A DNA stretch of 64,000 nt from the NCBI GenBank assembly GCA_964016885.1, contig OZ024743.1:265174001-265238000 (forward strand), in the 5' to 3' direction. This document shows, one piece after another, positions 45,789-59,430 of this stretch (positions are counted from its first letter, which is position 1; every line of letters starts with the position of its first letter). This stretch comes from Eledone cirrhosa. Taxonomy: Eukaryota. A program made the translations under genes and the position numbers. The notes under the pieces are model-generated. The model did not search any database. It had not been told where the DNA came from and saw nothing but the letters and a program-made list of their open reading frames with translations.

Positions 45789-47005
45789 GTTTTGCGAGGT
45801 TTTTTATATGAAATCGTGTGTCGAAACAGATATTGTTATATTTGGGGAGGGTCATATTTGCGTAATATTGCCAGAATTAATAACAGAACACACTCACTGT
45901 TTGGTTGGTTTTCGCTTCTCGCTGTCTTTTATATATATATATCTGCGATCTAACTTACTCGGTCCTCAATGTTGCCATTGACTGACCGGCGGTCAAAAAT
46001 AATACAGATACAATATAGACAAACACATATATATATAGTTTACATAAATCTTTCGTTGCACATCTGCAACATCGTCAGTGGTGTTATATTCATTGTTCCT
46101 CCTGTTGTGTTGTATGTCTACGCCATTTTTTTTGTTCAGTCTGTCTATATATTTATTTATTTATTTGCTTGTTTGTTTATCTTATTTTATTTTGTCTTCT
46201 TTGCGCATGCGTTTGCGTGTGTGTATAGTGTTATGTGTGATGTGTGACTAGTGTGTATAGTGTTGTGTCTGCTGGGTGACTAGTGTGTGTTTATGTGCTT
46301 GTGTATGTATTTATTTATCTTATTTTATTTAATTTAATTTACTTATTTATTTATACTTCTCTTAGGTCAGTGTTGTTTGTTTGGGTGTTGTTGTTGTTCC
46401 ACTCATTCTTTCTGTTTCTGTTTAGCTTTGAGAAAGAATGAGTGGAACAACAACAACACCCAAACAAACAACACTGACCTAAGAGAAGTATAAATAAATA
46501 AGTAAATTAAATAAAATAAAATAAGATAAATAAATACATACACAAGCACATAAACACACACTAGTCACCCAGCAGACACAACACTATACACACTAGTCAC
46601 ACATCACACATAACACTATACACACACGCAAACGCATGCGCAAAGAAGACAAAATAAAATAAGATAAACAAACAAGCAAATAAATAAATAAATATATAGA
46701 CAGACTGAACAAAAAAATGGCGTAGACATACAACACAACAGGAGGAACAATGAATATAACACCACTGACGATGTTGCAGATGTGCAACGAAAGATTTATG
46801 TAAACTATATATATATGTGTTTGTCTATATTGTATCTGTATTATTTTTGACCGCCGGTCAGTCAATGGCAACATTGAGGACCGAGTAAGTTAGATCGCAG
46901 ATATATATATATAAAAGACAGCGAGAAGCGAAAACCAACCAAACAGTGAGTGTGTTCTGTTATTAATTCTGGCAATATTACGCAAATATGACCCTCCCCA
47001 AATAT

Positions 47006-47013
<8 letters not shown>
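45789..47013. mobile_element. Near-perfect 1.2 kb palindrome (arms 45830-46413 and 46431-47013, 17 nt spacer), PLE 3' region
   Basis: Mirror ORFs 45969+ and 46874- encode nearly the same peptide. A ~40 nt extra tail is on the left only. (TA)n flanks. Shares ATGACCCTCCC.AA.TATAACAATAT with the Nematis-like family. Confidence 0.9.
46763..46800 (+). ncRNA. Minimal hammerhead core; mirror copy at 46043-46080 (-)
   Basis: CA-CTGACGA-t-GTTGCA gatg TGCAAC-GAAA-GATT-TA-TG; stem I is very short. Confidence 0.62.
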
Positions 47014-47042
<29 letters not shown>

Positions 47043-47109
47043 CATATATAGATACATATATATATATATATATACATAAATATATATATATATATATATA
47101 TATACATAC

Positions 47110-47188
<79 letters not shown>

Positions 47189-47219
47189 GACTGAGAGTTT
47201 AATCTCAAATTATAATATA

Positions 47220-47260
<41 letters not shown>

Positions 47261-47275
47261 TATATATATACATAC

Positions 47276-47336
<61 letters not shown>

Positions 47337-47463
47337 CATATATATATATACATACATATATATATATACATATATATATGTGTATTTTTTTTACTCCAGA
47401 AATCGCCGTCGAAACGGCTTGAGCTCTGCCGTCGGGGTCATACTTTCTCCTATATGTATATAT

Positions 47464-47500
<37 letters not shown>

Positions 47501-47508
47501 CATATATG

Positions 47509-47575
<67 letters not shown>

Positions 47576-47701
47576 ATGTATATATATGCGATAAACTTAT
47601 ACATTTCTTCATCGATCTGTGTTGTTTGCTTTGTTGTTATCATTTACTTTAAGCACATATATATATACATATATGCATATATATATCTATATATATATGT
47701 G

Positions 47702-47797
<96 letters not shown>

Positions 47798-47802
47798 AAT
47801 AT

Positions 47803-48757
47803 AAGTATGTATAGGTACATACATATATGTATACAGACGTACAGTAGTACGTATATACATACATACATGCACACATAAATATATATATATGTACGGATGG
47901 GTTTATCGAATATTTTTTATAATGCTCGGTTTGTTTGTAAACAAACAGCCCGAATTATTAGCCGTACATTGTTCGGCAACCATCGTTGCCATGTTGTTCA
48001 ACACTGACAAAGGAACGATGAACTAGTTTCTAGATAATTATCCTCCACTAGTATCGTAAACCTTCCTGTCAGTCGATTGGACGTTTGACAGTATATACTT
48101 TTCGTATTCATATTAACGGCTGAGCAGCCTAATTTGCATATCGAGTGAGTTCGTCGGCCGGGCGTACCGTAACCGATAAATGGAAAGAAATGAAATTTCA
48201 TTTCTCACTCTTAGTACGGCTGATACTTAAATATAAGTATTTATACGTACATACATGATATGTATACAGACGTACAGTAGTATGTATAACATACATACAT
48301 GCACACATTTTTTTTCTCCATATATCGTTTTCGGTACGCCCGGCCGACTAACTCACTCGATATGAAAATTAGGCTGCCCAGCCGTTAATATGCATAAGGA
48401 AAGTATATACTTTCAAACGTTCAATTGACTGACAGGAATGTATACGGTGCTGATGACATCTAATAAGCTAAAAACTAGTTCATTGTTCATTTGTCAGTGT
48501 TGAACAATAGGGCAACGATGGTTGCCGAACACTGTACGGCTAATAATTCGGGTTGTTTCTTTACAAACAAACCGAGCATTATAATCAATGTTCGGTAAAC
48601 CCATACGTACATATATATATATATATATATATGCATATGCATGTATGTATATACATACTACTGTACGTCTGTATACATATATGTATGTACAGATACCTAC
48701 TTATATTTAAGTATCAGCCGTACTAAGAGTGAGAAATGAAATTTCATTTTTTCCATT
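47803..48757. repeat. Inverted, circularly permuted ~430 bp element with two degenerate HHRs (48015-48057 minus, 48444-48486 plus)
   Basis: Plus order a-b-c-a (47803-48308), then inverted b-a-c (48333-48757). Two-copy consensus ACGATG-CTGATGA...GAAA-CTAG-TT-CATCGT. Confidence 0.75.
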
Positions 48758-48772
48758 TATATATATATATAC

Positions 48773-49052
<280 letters not shown>

Positions 49053-49057
49053 ACTAC

Positions 49058-49090
<33 letters not shown>

Positions 49091-49091
49091 C

Positions 49092-49195
<104 letters not shown>

Positions 49196-49574
49196 ACACA
49201 TATACATATACATATATATATATATATATATACATACACACATACATATAAGTGTGTTGTGTGTTTATGTATATGTGACTGTATATAATGCGTGCGTGTG
49301 TGTGTGTGCCTGTGTGTGTCTCCCAGCCTCACAATCCCTGTACTGTAATGTTCCACTAACAAGAGGGACCTTAATTTTTCGCTATTCCACTTCAGAGTTT
49401 CTAGAGCTAAACCAACTTTGACATTTAATTTCACCATACACGATCTCACTGTCTCTCTCTTCCGTCTCTTTTTCTCTGTATCTATAAATATATACACTCA
49501 CACACACACACTCACACACACACATATATATGAATTTATATGTGTATATATATATACATATATATATATTTATA

Positions 49575-49606
<32 letters not shown>

Positions 49607-50138
49607 CACACACATAAAATATATCTACTCACCTATACACACACACAGACGCACATAAATACACACAAACCCATAAACACACATAAACACACATAAAAAC
49701 ACACACATAAATACACACAAACCCATCATCTTTCAGCTGCCTCTTTCTGTCCCTTCACTTGTCTCCCCATTCCATCTCCCTAGAAACCTTTTAAACTACA
49801 TTGCCCATGCTTTCATAATCTATTTTCTTCAAACACTTTTGCCTCCCTCTCTCTCTTTTCTCTTCTCTTACACTCTTTCTTTCCGAATCCTTCTTTCCAT
49901 TATTCTCGCAACATATATCCGTATATATCACGTACATGCATATATGATTTTAAAATACTTTCCACACTTGATGTCATCTCTATTTTTTTTTTTTTGTTTT
50001 TTCTTACTGTCCTTCATATTTTTCTTCCTCTCTCTACCATTTGATGAGGAGCCTGGCTCGAAACGTTGTGTCTTGACTTACTCTGACATCTGCCAAACAT
50101 TAAAACTATTATCCTTTATGTTGTCCACATTTTGATCC

Positions 50139-50237
<99 letters not shown>

Positions 50238-50868
50238 CACACACCCATATATATATATATATGTATAGTACCAAATTATATTAAGGATGTCATGACTGAG
50301 AATATCAGAATCATGCGCCATTTATATGTATATATATATATATATATATAGTTAAGTTTAATCTATATATTTAGAATATATAATGTTATGTTACTCAACA
50401 AAGAAAGTTCAATGAATATTAATCTCAGAGCATAATTTATATTATATATATATATACATATATGCGCCCGTGTGTGTGTATATATATTCGATGAGCTTCT
50501 TCAGTTCCCTTCTACCAAATGCTGTTCATGTAGTGTTGGTCAAAGTGTAAAACACTCTCCTAAGGTTTCCAAGACGGGCTGCAACCCAGAACAACAATAT
50601 TGCAAAGTGAACTCTTTAAACAAACAGATTAAATGTAATAAACAAATTATGTAAACAGACAAAATTAATGAACATTGACTAAATGGAAACTCAATATTTG
50701 TACATGTAAGATAGGCCTGTTGCTTGGTTATGTAGTATGTGTTGGGAAGGAGGTCAGTAATAGTGTATGTTTAAAATTTTGATTATTTAGTTATTTATTG
50801 TATGTCGTAAATTGTGAGTAGTGTCGTTGGTTAAAGGTTTCCAAGTAGTTGTGCATGTCTTTAGGGAT

Positions 50869-50944
<76 letters not shown>

Positions 50945-51105
50945 TATATAGATAGATAGATAGATATATATAAAATTGCAATTTAGCTTCAGGCATAGTT
51001 GTATATAGATATGTATTGGAATTGCGTATTTCAGAAGAAATACAGTATATTTAAAATGAACATTTAGAGAGCCGTAGCTATGCTAAAACACAAGCGAACA
51101 GAAAG

Positions 51106-51157
<52 letters not shown>

Positions 51158-51162
<5 letters not shown>

Positions 51163-51473
51163 GAAACGATTCAGGATCCCAACGGCTGAGTTCCAGCCGC
51201 TTCGACAGCTAGATCCGAACTAAAGCATCAGTATTCGAATGGCGGGAATCTAGCTGAACTTATCAGGGAGTACAGTCCATATGTAGGCATAGCAAAAATA
51301 TATGTTAAAATATTTTTTTTGTTTTTGAAAATTATATTTTTTTGTTTTACTTTGGCTGTCTGCCCATATAATTTCAGCTAGATTCCCGCATTACGAATAC
51401 TGACGCTTTAGTTCGGATCTAGCTGTCGAAATGGCCGGAGCTTAACCGTCAGGGTCCTAAATCTTTTCATATT
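51158..51473. repeat. Inverted repeat with ~105 bp diverged arms (51158-51263 and 51368-51473)
   Basis: TTCGACAGCTAGATCCGAACTAAAGC vs GCTTTAGTTCGGATCTAGCTGTCGAA. Confidence 0.8.
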
Positions 51474-51561
51474 ACCCAATCTACCCCAAGTACTCTGGTG
51501 CGTTATGATCCACCTGTTTTTTTTTACCACCACATCTTTTCTAGTATATATATATATATAT

Positions 51562-52189
51562 ATATTGTTATACTTTGGGAGGGTCATGTTGCCAATAAGA
51601 AACACACGCACCAGTTGCTTTCACTTCAATTTATTATATATTTATGAATTTATAAATTTATAAATTTACAAATCTACAAACTTATAAATTTCTGGTTGGT
51701 TGGTTGGTTCCACAACCAGATAGTTGTTTATATATAGTCATAGTCCTTTCGTCACACACTCTGTGACCTCTTCAGTGACTGGGGATTCCTTTCTTTGTTT
51801 CTGTACCTTTCCTTTCTTCTGTCCTACGCCATTTTGTTTCTGTGTGTGTCTTGTGACACACACAGAAACAAAATGGCGTAGGACAGAAGAAAGGAAAGGT
51901 ACAGAAACAAAGAAAGGAATCCCCAGTCACTGAAGAGGTCACAGAGTGTGTGACGAAAGGACTATGACTATATATAAACAACTATCTGGTTGTGGAACCA
52001 ACCAACCAACCAGAAATTTATAAGTTTGTAGATTTGTAAATTTATAAATTTATAAATATATAATAAATTGAAGTGAATGCAACTGGTGCGTGTGTTTCCT
52101 ATTGGCAACATGACCCTCCCAAAGTATAACAATATCGGATTCAACACATGGTTTCAGATAAAGAATCTTGCTAAACAAATTCAGAAACG

Positions 52190-52192
<3 letters not shown>
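51562..52192. mobile_element. Palindromic PLE mini-copy (arms 51562-51850 and 51855-52135, 4 nt loop) with mirror HHRs at 51736-51780 (-) and 51925-51969 (+)
   Basis: AGTCA-CTGAAGA-g-GTCACA gagtg TGTGAC-GAAA-GGAC-TA-TGACT; 57 nt tail on the right only. Confidence 0.9.
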
Positions 52193-52245
<53 letters not shown>

Positions 52246-52250
<5 letters not shown>

Positions 52251-52413
52251 AGAAAGTTTGACCCCGACGGCAGAGCTCAAGCCGTTTCGATGAAACGGCT
52301 TGAGCTCTGTTGTCGGGGTCATACTTTCTCCTATTACCTACTCTATTAGCCTAAATATTGAGTATTCTGGTGCGTTCTGGTCCATCTGGTTCCTTACAAC
52401 AACTCCTCCGTTA
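52246..52413 (+). mobile_element. Short fold-back family (also 37920-38033, 47395-47452 and 55262-55386) carrying the 3' half of an HHR
   Basis: Arms 52246-52288 and 52292-52334. GAAA-CGGCttGAGCTCtGCCG-TC (clearest at 47411) reads as stem III plus GUC. Shared tail TGGTCCATCTGGTTCCTTAC. Confidence 0.7.
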
Positions 52414-52417
52414 TATA

Positions 52418-52479
<62 letters not shown>

Positions 52480-52626
52480 CATACATACATACATAGATGT
52501 GTGTGTGCGTGTGTTTGTGAGGTTAGTTGGTCAATTTACATCCACGTAGTCCTGGGTTTCATCCCATTGCCAGCACTCACATAGTCTGGGAAAGTTTACT
52601 GTTATTTGGGATTGGCGGATGCTGCT

Positions 52627-52699
<73 letters not shown>

Positions 52700-53048
52700 T
52701 TCTGTGTCCCCTTACCACCTTTTCTGTTTCTATATCTACATCAACATCCCATCTCTCTCATCTACTCTCAACTCTTTCAAACAAACCCCCAAACCAACAT
52801 ACATATAACCATAAACATAGGGTATAGGCACGCACATGTAAATACACACACAAACACATACACGCACGCACACACACACACACACATACACACACTAATA
52901 AAGACGTCTCTCATATGCTGGTGACACACTTCATACTTACTCTGAGATGGTTATCACATCCAGGCTGCCACGAAACCCACATACTCATGCATACGTACGC
53001 ATGCACACACACACACATACATTCTCACACACAGACACACACACATAT

Positions 53049-53092
<44 letters not shown>

Positions 53093-53662
53093 TTAAATAA
53101 AGACGTGAAGGAAATCGGCTACTTAACTGCATTGGAATTAATATGCGTTGTAGAGCAAGTTGAGAAAGTAAAAATATTCTTTAAAATTTTGCCAAGGTCA
53201 CATCAGACCTCGCATACACATGAGCGCACACAGGAACACATACATACACACACAGACATATATATATATATATATATATTGTTATACATGGGGAGGGTCA
53301 TATTGTTGTAATAATATTGCCAGAATTTATAACAGAACACAATCACTGTTTGGTTGGATTTCGCTTCTGTATCTTTTATATGTCCACAGTTAATTCATTC
53401 GGTCCTCAGTGTTTACCATTGACTGACCAACGGTCAAAAATACATCATCTGGTATTCCTGACATCATCAGGTATTCCAAAATTTATCCAACAAAGGAATA
53501 TAATAAATCACACAATCCAAGGAGCTGAAATGCAGAGAGAATACTCACTAGGATTGTGTCTATCATTATATTCCTTTGTACCAGTAATATACTGTAATAA
53601 TTGCTAGCCTTGTGCCAAAAGTAGAAACAATTATTATATTCCTTTGTTGGATAAATTTCGGA

Positions 53663-53720
53663 ATACCTGATGATGTTACCGGATTCATACTGAACCCGGT
53701 CATTGAAATGTTCATAGTAT
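53663..53720 (+). ncRNA. Type I hammerhead ribozyme
   Basis: ATAC-CTGATGA-TGttACCGG...CCGGTCAtt-GAAA-TGTTCA-TA-GTAT. Its 5' part is inverted at 53461-53505, and a SINE tail lies at 53578-53632. Confidence 0.68.
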
Positions 53721-53913
53721 AATAAACCTTTAAGGAATTACACCAGTCCAGTCTCAAGTTATTTTATAATAATTAATATCCGTACTCTCACCACCAACAA
53801 CAACACAAACGATGACGGATGAGTTGCACACGTCGAGTGATCTCCCTAATATTACATGAAGGTTGACTATACGGAATGCACAGTTCCATCCAGTGGTGAA
53901 CCAACAAACCTAA

Positions 53914-53959
<46 letters not shown>

Positions 53960-54560
53960 CCTGATTAGTTCTTTCGTTGTTTTGGTATTCTGGGGTTGGG
54001 TTTTGCTTACCGCAATTTTCAATTTGTCAAGCTATTTATACGTATTGAGTGCTTTGCTACTCATTCCTTATTGTAGGTCGACTTTGCTTGGCCACAGCCA
54101 ATGCTTCGATTTTACTAAGCTTCCACTTGTATATATATATTTAAACCACACATTTATACATGCATACACACGTACTTACATGCATACATATATACCTACA
54201 TGCATACATACATACATACATACACACATACACACACACAGATACAAAGCTGTGAGCGAGTACTCTTTAAACTCATACATCTCTGAGAGCGTTCGGCAGG
54301 CACAGTCACAGACATACAATGCTGTGAAGCAAGCTTAAATCTGGTCACTTGCCCTGTTAGAAATAGCAGCCAAACCTGCAGCAAATATCCCATGTTTGAG
54401 ATCAAAAGAAACGACGAAACGAATTCCTGTGTTCCTAGCACATACTAAAAATGAAAAATATTCTGTTTTCTAACTTCTGTACACTTAAGTTCTACAAAAA
54501 ATCATTCAGAAGACATTGGTCAAACCGGAGATGTAAACGGTTGCATAAATACACACGCAA

Positions 54561-54701
<141 letters not shown>

Positions 54702-54897
54702 CACACACACACACATACACTCACACACATATATATATATATATATATTGAAAGAGTGAAGAATAACATGGTCAACGGTCAACAGTACAAAAAAGGGTTT
54801 TATTTACAGTATTAACAATTGTTTCACTGATTAAGTTGTCTAAAATTGCTGAACACTTGAAGCTGTGCCACTCAATTTTAAATATGTTGTTATCGCT

Positions 54898-54931
<34 letters not shown>

Positions 54932-54932
<1 letters not shown>

Positions 54933-55240
54933 TTCGCTCCTGAAAGGTCTTTTTTCTAAGCGCTCATATATTCACCTAGCTTATGCTAACAGAATAACTA
55001 TGAAGCTTGTTCCCTTCCTTCTACAGTTAGGTATCCTCTTTGTTGTTATCTTGTTTCACTCGCTTTACGCGTTTTAATTGTCCTAATAACTTAATTTAGT
55101 TATTATTGCACCGACGTGAGGTATATGATTTTTAATGCAATGAAATATCTATGATCGTCGGCAAATCACTGATGAGGGACTTATTTTATTACATGTTATC
55201 CATGTGCAACCAGCAGTATTCTTCTCCCCATTTTTTCACA
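54932..55240 (+). repeat. Solo truncated copy of the 514 bp tandem unit
   Basis: Reverse complement of ~8462-8760, ending at the same TCACA-(TA)n boundary. Confidence 0.88.
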
Positions 55241-55383
55241 TATATATATATATATATATATTGGAAAAAGTATGACCCCGACAGCAGAGCTGAAGCCGTT
55301 TCAACGGCTATTTCTGGACTATCCTAAGTATTGAGTTCTTTGATGCGTTATGGTCCATCTGGTTCCTTACCACAATTCCTTCG

Positions 55384-55435
<52 letters not shown>

Positions 55436-55624
55436 GGGGGGGGGGGTAAATGGACAGATATCTTTCTTCTCTGGTTTCATCATTAGGCAACAGCCACTCT
55501 GAGAACCCATTGGAATAATGTAGTCAATAATATCGACCACAGTCTTTTCTTTCCAAGCCTGTTACATTTATCGGTGTCCTTTTCTTTCAAGCACTGAATT
55601 ACGGGACAGAAATGTGTACACACA

Positions 55625-55666
<42 letters not shown>

Positions 55667-55683
55667 CACACACACACACACAT

Positions 55684-55714
<31 letters not shown>

Positions 55715-55821
55715 CACACATATATACATACACACACCACATATACACACACACACACACGCACACATATTATATACACACACACATATATACTCACACA
55801 CACACACACACACATATATAT

Positions 55822-55858
<37 letters not shown>

Positions 55859-56100
55859 CACACAACACACACACACAACTGATCACTTTCAAGGACGCAT
55901 CAAGACGTTTTAGGAATTACTTAACGAAATCTCGCCTCATGCTGACATTCAAACACTCTCTCAATCCACTACCATTAATACATCCCCTACGTCATATATG
56001 AGTGCTTTATTTATGAATTCACTCCCCTCTTTCTTAAACACACACACACACTCTCTCTCTATCTCCCTTTCTTCACCTCCATGTATATCTATATATATAC

Positions 56101-56137
<37 letters not shown>

Positions 56138-56176
56138 ATATTAAATAAATGGAAACTATATTTATAAAACCATATT

Positions 56177-56242
56177 TATTTCATTATATATATTTCAGGG
56201 ATATCATATTAAAAATATGGTATGCCTTCATCAGACAAAATA
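56177..56242 (-). ncRNA. Type I hammerhead, mirror of 58398-58463
   Basis: Reverse complement of the plus-strand copy. Confidence 0.75.
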
Positions 56243-56490
56243 CAATATAAACAGTCTTATAAATAGATAGATTTGACATACCTTACAACTTCAACTTCCA
56301 TTTAAAAAGTTGATTTGGTAGTGAAAAATGTTAGGGACAGTTATAAAAAGAAAGAAAGAAAGAAAGCGAAGAAAAAGAAGAAATGCATGCAACGAAAAAC
56401 AGAGAGAGATAGATATAGAGAGATAGATAGAGAGAAGAAATTCATGTAAAGAAAAAACAGAGATAGATAGAGAGAGAAAAAAAAACACAG

Positions 56491-56531
<41 letters not shown>

Positions 56532-56987
56532 AGAGAGGGAGAGAAAAAATAGAGAGAGATAGATATAGATAGAGATAGAGAGAAAGAAAATAGGTATTTG
56601 GGCACCAGTTGAATGACGTATCAATGATATATTTATTTATTTATTTATTTATTTATTTAGTTCTAGTATTAAGGTAGAGAGAGATATATGTGGTTAGGAG
56701 AGAAAACAGCCGTTACATAGAGAGAAAAGAAAAATATCCAGAGATAAACGAGGCAGATTTAAAACATTATGTTTCATCAATCTAAAAATATCAATTCGTA
56801 TGAATTAGGTATTATAATGTAAATATCAGTATTCATGAATGAGACACGTATCAATAATGTGTGAAAAAATAATGATCCTATGTCTAGTTTAAAATTCCTA
56901 GGTTTATAATCAGAACTGAGTTAAAAAAAACTGAGATAAAAAAACTGAGATAAAAAACTTCAAAAAAATTGAAATACATAAGTATAT

Positions 56988-58088
56988 ATGCACTTTCATG
57001 AATTTAATAACCAACTATGGACCAGAGCAGATAGAGATAACAATTTCGACATTACTATGGGATCATCCGACTCAGCTCAGGTAACTGACCTTGTGGGCCT
57101 ATTTATAATCAATTCGCTGCATAGGAAAATACCCGGTGCTACCGGAGGATTATATAGAGATGACATGCTTTTACTTATTGAAAATAATAACTCTGAACTA
57201 AATAGAAAAAGAAAACAAATTACACAATTTTTTAATTACTTTAATCTAAAAATAGAAATTGAGAATAACCATAGAATAGTCAATTTCCTAGATGTAACAT
57301 TAAATCTCAACACATGTCTTCACTATCCATTTCACAAGTTGAATGAAAACTTAAACTATGTCAGTTTTAACTCTAACCACCCCAGATCTGTTAAAAATAC
57401 TATAGTGAACTCTGTTCAAAAACATATTTCTAGAATCTCATCTAATAAAAAGATTTTCGACGAAAAAGCCCAGTATTACAATGAAGCGTTAGCTAGAGCA
57501 GGATATAGTGATAAAATTATGTACATAGATAATAATAGACAAACTAACCAAAATAACAACAATTTTAATTACGGCAACAACTTTAACAACTATAATAGAA
57601 AGCATTACAATAGTTCCAAAAGCCAAAAAAGAAATAGAACTAGGAATATAATATGGTCCCCCCCCCCTTTCTCACTAAACATTAAAACCCACATCGCTAA
57701 ACTAATTTTTAATGCTCTTGATAATCGCTTCCCTAGAACACATAAGTATCACTCAATTTTCAATAGACATACTATAAAATTAACTTACTCATCCACCAAA
57801 AATTTAGCACAAAATATTAATAGAATAAATAATAGGAATTTAAAACCTAGCCAAAATACCGATAATAGCATAAATAATATCCAAGTAAACAAATGTAACT
57901 GTAGAGATAGATCTAAATGTCCGTTAAATAACAATTGCTTAGTTAAAAATATAATATACAACTGTAATGTTAAAACGGACTTAAATTCTTTTAACTATGT
58001 TGGTTCCACCTCGACAGAATTTAAACTTCGCTATAATAACCACAAGAATTCTTTCACAGATCCAAGCATAAAATCTTCAACATCACTA
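56988..58088 (+). pseudogene. PLE RT core and thumb, Cys linker and N-terminal half of GIY-YIG; 5'-truncated and internally deleted at ~58086
   Basis: FDITMGSSDSAQVTDLVG, GLYRDD, VNFLDVTLNL, YV..NSNHP, CNCRDRSKCPLNNNC, IIY..YVGST.TEFKLRYNNHKNSF. The frame then runs into CT-rich UTR. Confidence 0.92.
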
Positions 58089-58102
58089 TTTTTTCTCTCC
58101 CT

Positions 58103-58149
<47 letters not shown>

Positions 58150-58397
58150 CTGTGTTTTTTTTTCTCTCTCTATCTATCTCTGTTTTTTCTTTACATGAAT
58201 TTCTTCTCTCTATCTATCTCTCTATATCTATCTCTCTCTGTTTTTCGTTGCATGCATTTCTTCTTTTTCTTCGCTTTCTTTCTTTCTTTCTTTTTATAAC
58301 TGTCCCTAACATTTTTCACTACCAAATCAACTTTTTAAATGGAAGTTGAAGTTGTAAGGTATGTCAAATCTATCTATTTATAAGACTGTTTATATTG

Positions 58398-58463
58398 TAT
58401 TTTGTCTGATGAAGGCATACCATATTTTTAATATGATATCCCTGAAATATATATAATGAAATA
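58398..58463 (+). ncRNA. Type I hammerhead in the PLE 3' pseudo-LTR
   Basis: TATTTTGT-CTGATGA-AGG..CATATT tt..AATATG..CCT-GAAA-TATATA-TA-ATGAAATA, with two G-U pairs in stem I. Confidence 0.78.
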
Positions 58464-58592
58464 AATATGGTTTTATAAATATAGTTTCCATTTATTTAAT
58501 ATCGTAAATATACTCCAAATACTTGTTGAGTGCTTTTATATCAGTTATAAATATTTACTCGTTGTAACCCAACAATTTAAATAAAACTTTGC

Positions 58593-58628
<36 letters not shown>

Positions 58629-58696
58629 ATATATATCTTTGATAGGTTTCGGCCAGTATTGGCCCAGGCCATGTCTAACTTAATAGCACCACCTGG

Positions 58697-58809
<113 letters not shown>

Positions 58810-59211
58810 AAACAAGCAATGTATAAACAGGAGGGGGCATTAACACAAAGTTTTATATATTAATATTAGTTTTATATTTTAATATAAGTTTCACGCTTAA
58901 AAGAGAGAGTTACACTGTCAACATATCAGGCATTTCTCTTTCTTCAGGAAAAACAGGGTTCAGATTGTAGAAAAATACAAAAGACAACACGAAAATAGCA
59001 AAGAAAATAATAAAATAATTTTTAAATAAAATTAGAAAAACCTATAAAAGGGATGAGGTGTAAGGATGTTTGGGTAGTAGGCCGGTATACGTCTGTCGGG
59101 GTCGAGATGAGGGACGCAGGCGTATAGTTGGTGGTTGTGTGTATGTTGGGTATATATTATGATGCTTGTCTGTGCGTGTGGGTGTGATGTGTGTTGTTGT
59201 TAGAAGTGTGT

Positions 59212-59430
59212 CTCTCCAAGTATCGTTCGCTCTCCGACAGATTTGCAGTCGTGCCCCTAGCAGTGGAAACGTCTGGTGTCTTTGGCTCTAGGGCTGCCTC
59301 CCTACTTACCGCTATAGGTGCTGAGCTCGCTAGCTGTAGGTGTTAGCCTTGCGAGATGGAGTGGCTCTTCCAGCGCATCCCCCTTGCCATCCTCCGGGGA
59401 AACGCCTTCTCCATTTTGTCCGCCGGGGCC
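59212..59430 (+). pseudogene. C-terminal RLE endonuclease remnant of a CRE-like non-LTR element
   Basis: SKYRSLSDRFAVVPLAVETSGVFGSRAASLLTAIG...WLFQRIPLAILRGNAFSIL. Confidence 0.72.

Larger units (their letters stand above)
56134..58592 (+). mobile_element. Naiad-like Penelope element with inverted pseudo-LTRs (56134-56552 and 58086-58506) and an ~85 nt tail
   Basis: Near-identical inverted arms, internal RT/GIY-YIG frame, mirror HHRs and (TA)n flanks. Confidence 0.92.

Noticed and set aside
50041-50075. HHR-like TTGATGA-gGAGC ctg GCTC-GAAA-CGTTGTG-TC
   Set aside because: U3 is uncompensated and stem I cannot be formed; at best a dead relic, so it was not listed as a feature.
51395-51440. 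CTGACGC...GAAA inside an inverted repeat
   Set aside because: A9 is missing and there is no stem I or UH match.
58089-58349. Hydrophobic C-terminal extension of the PLE ORF as a membrane anchor
   Set aside because: Read-through into the CT-rich UTR after an internal deletion; the same peptide appears in mirror ORF 56291-56605.
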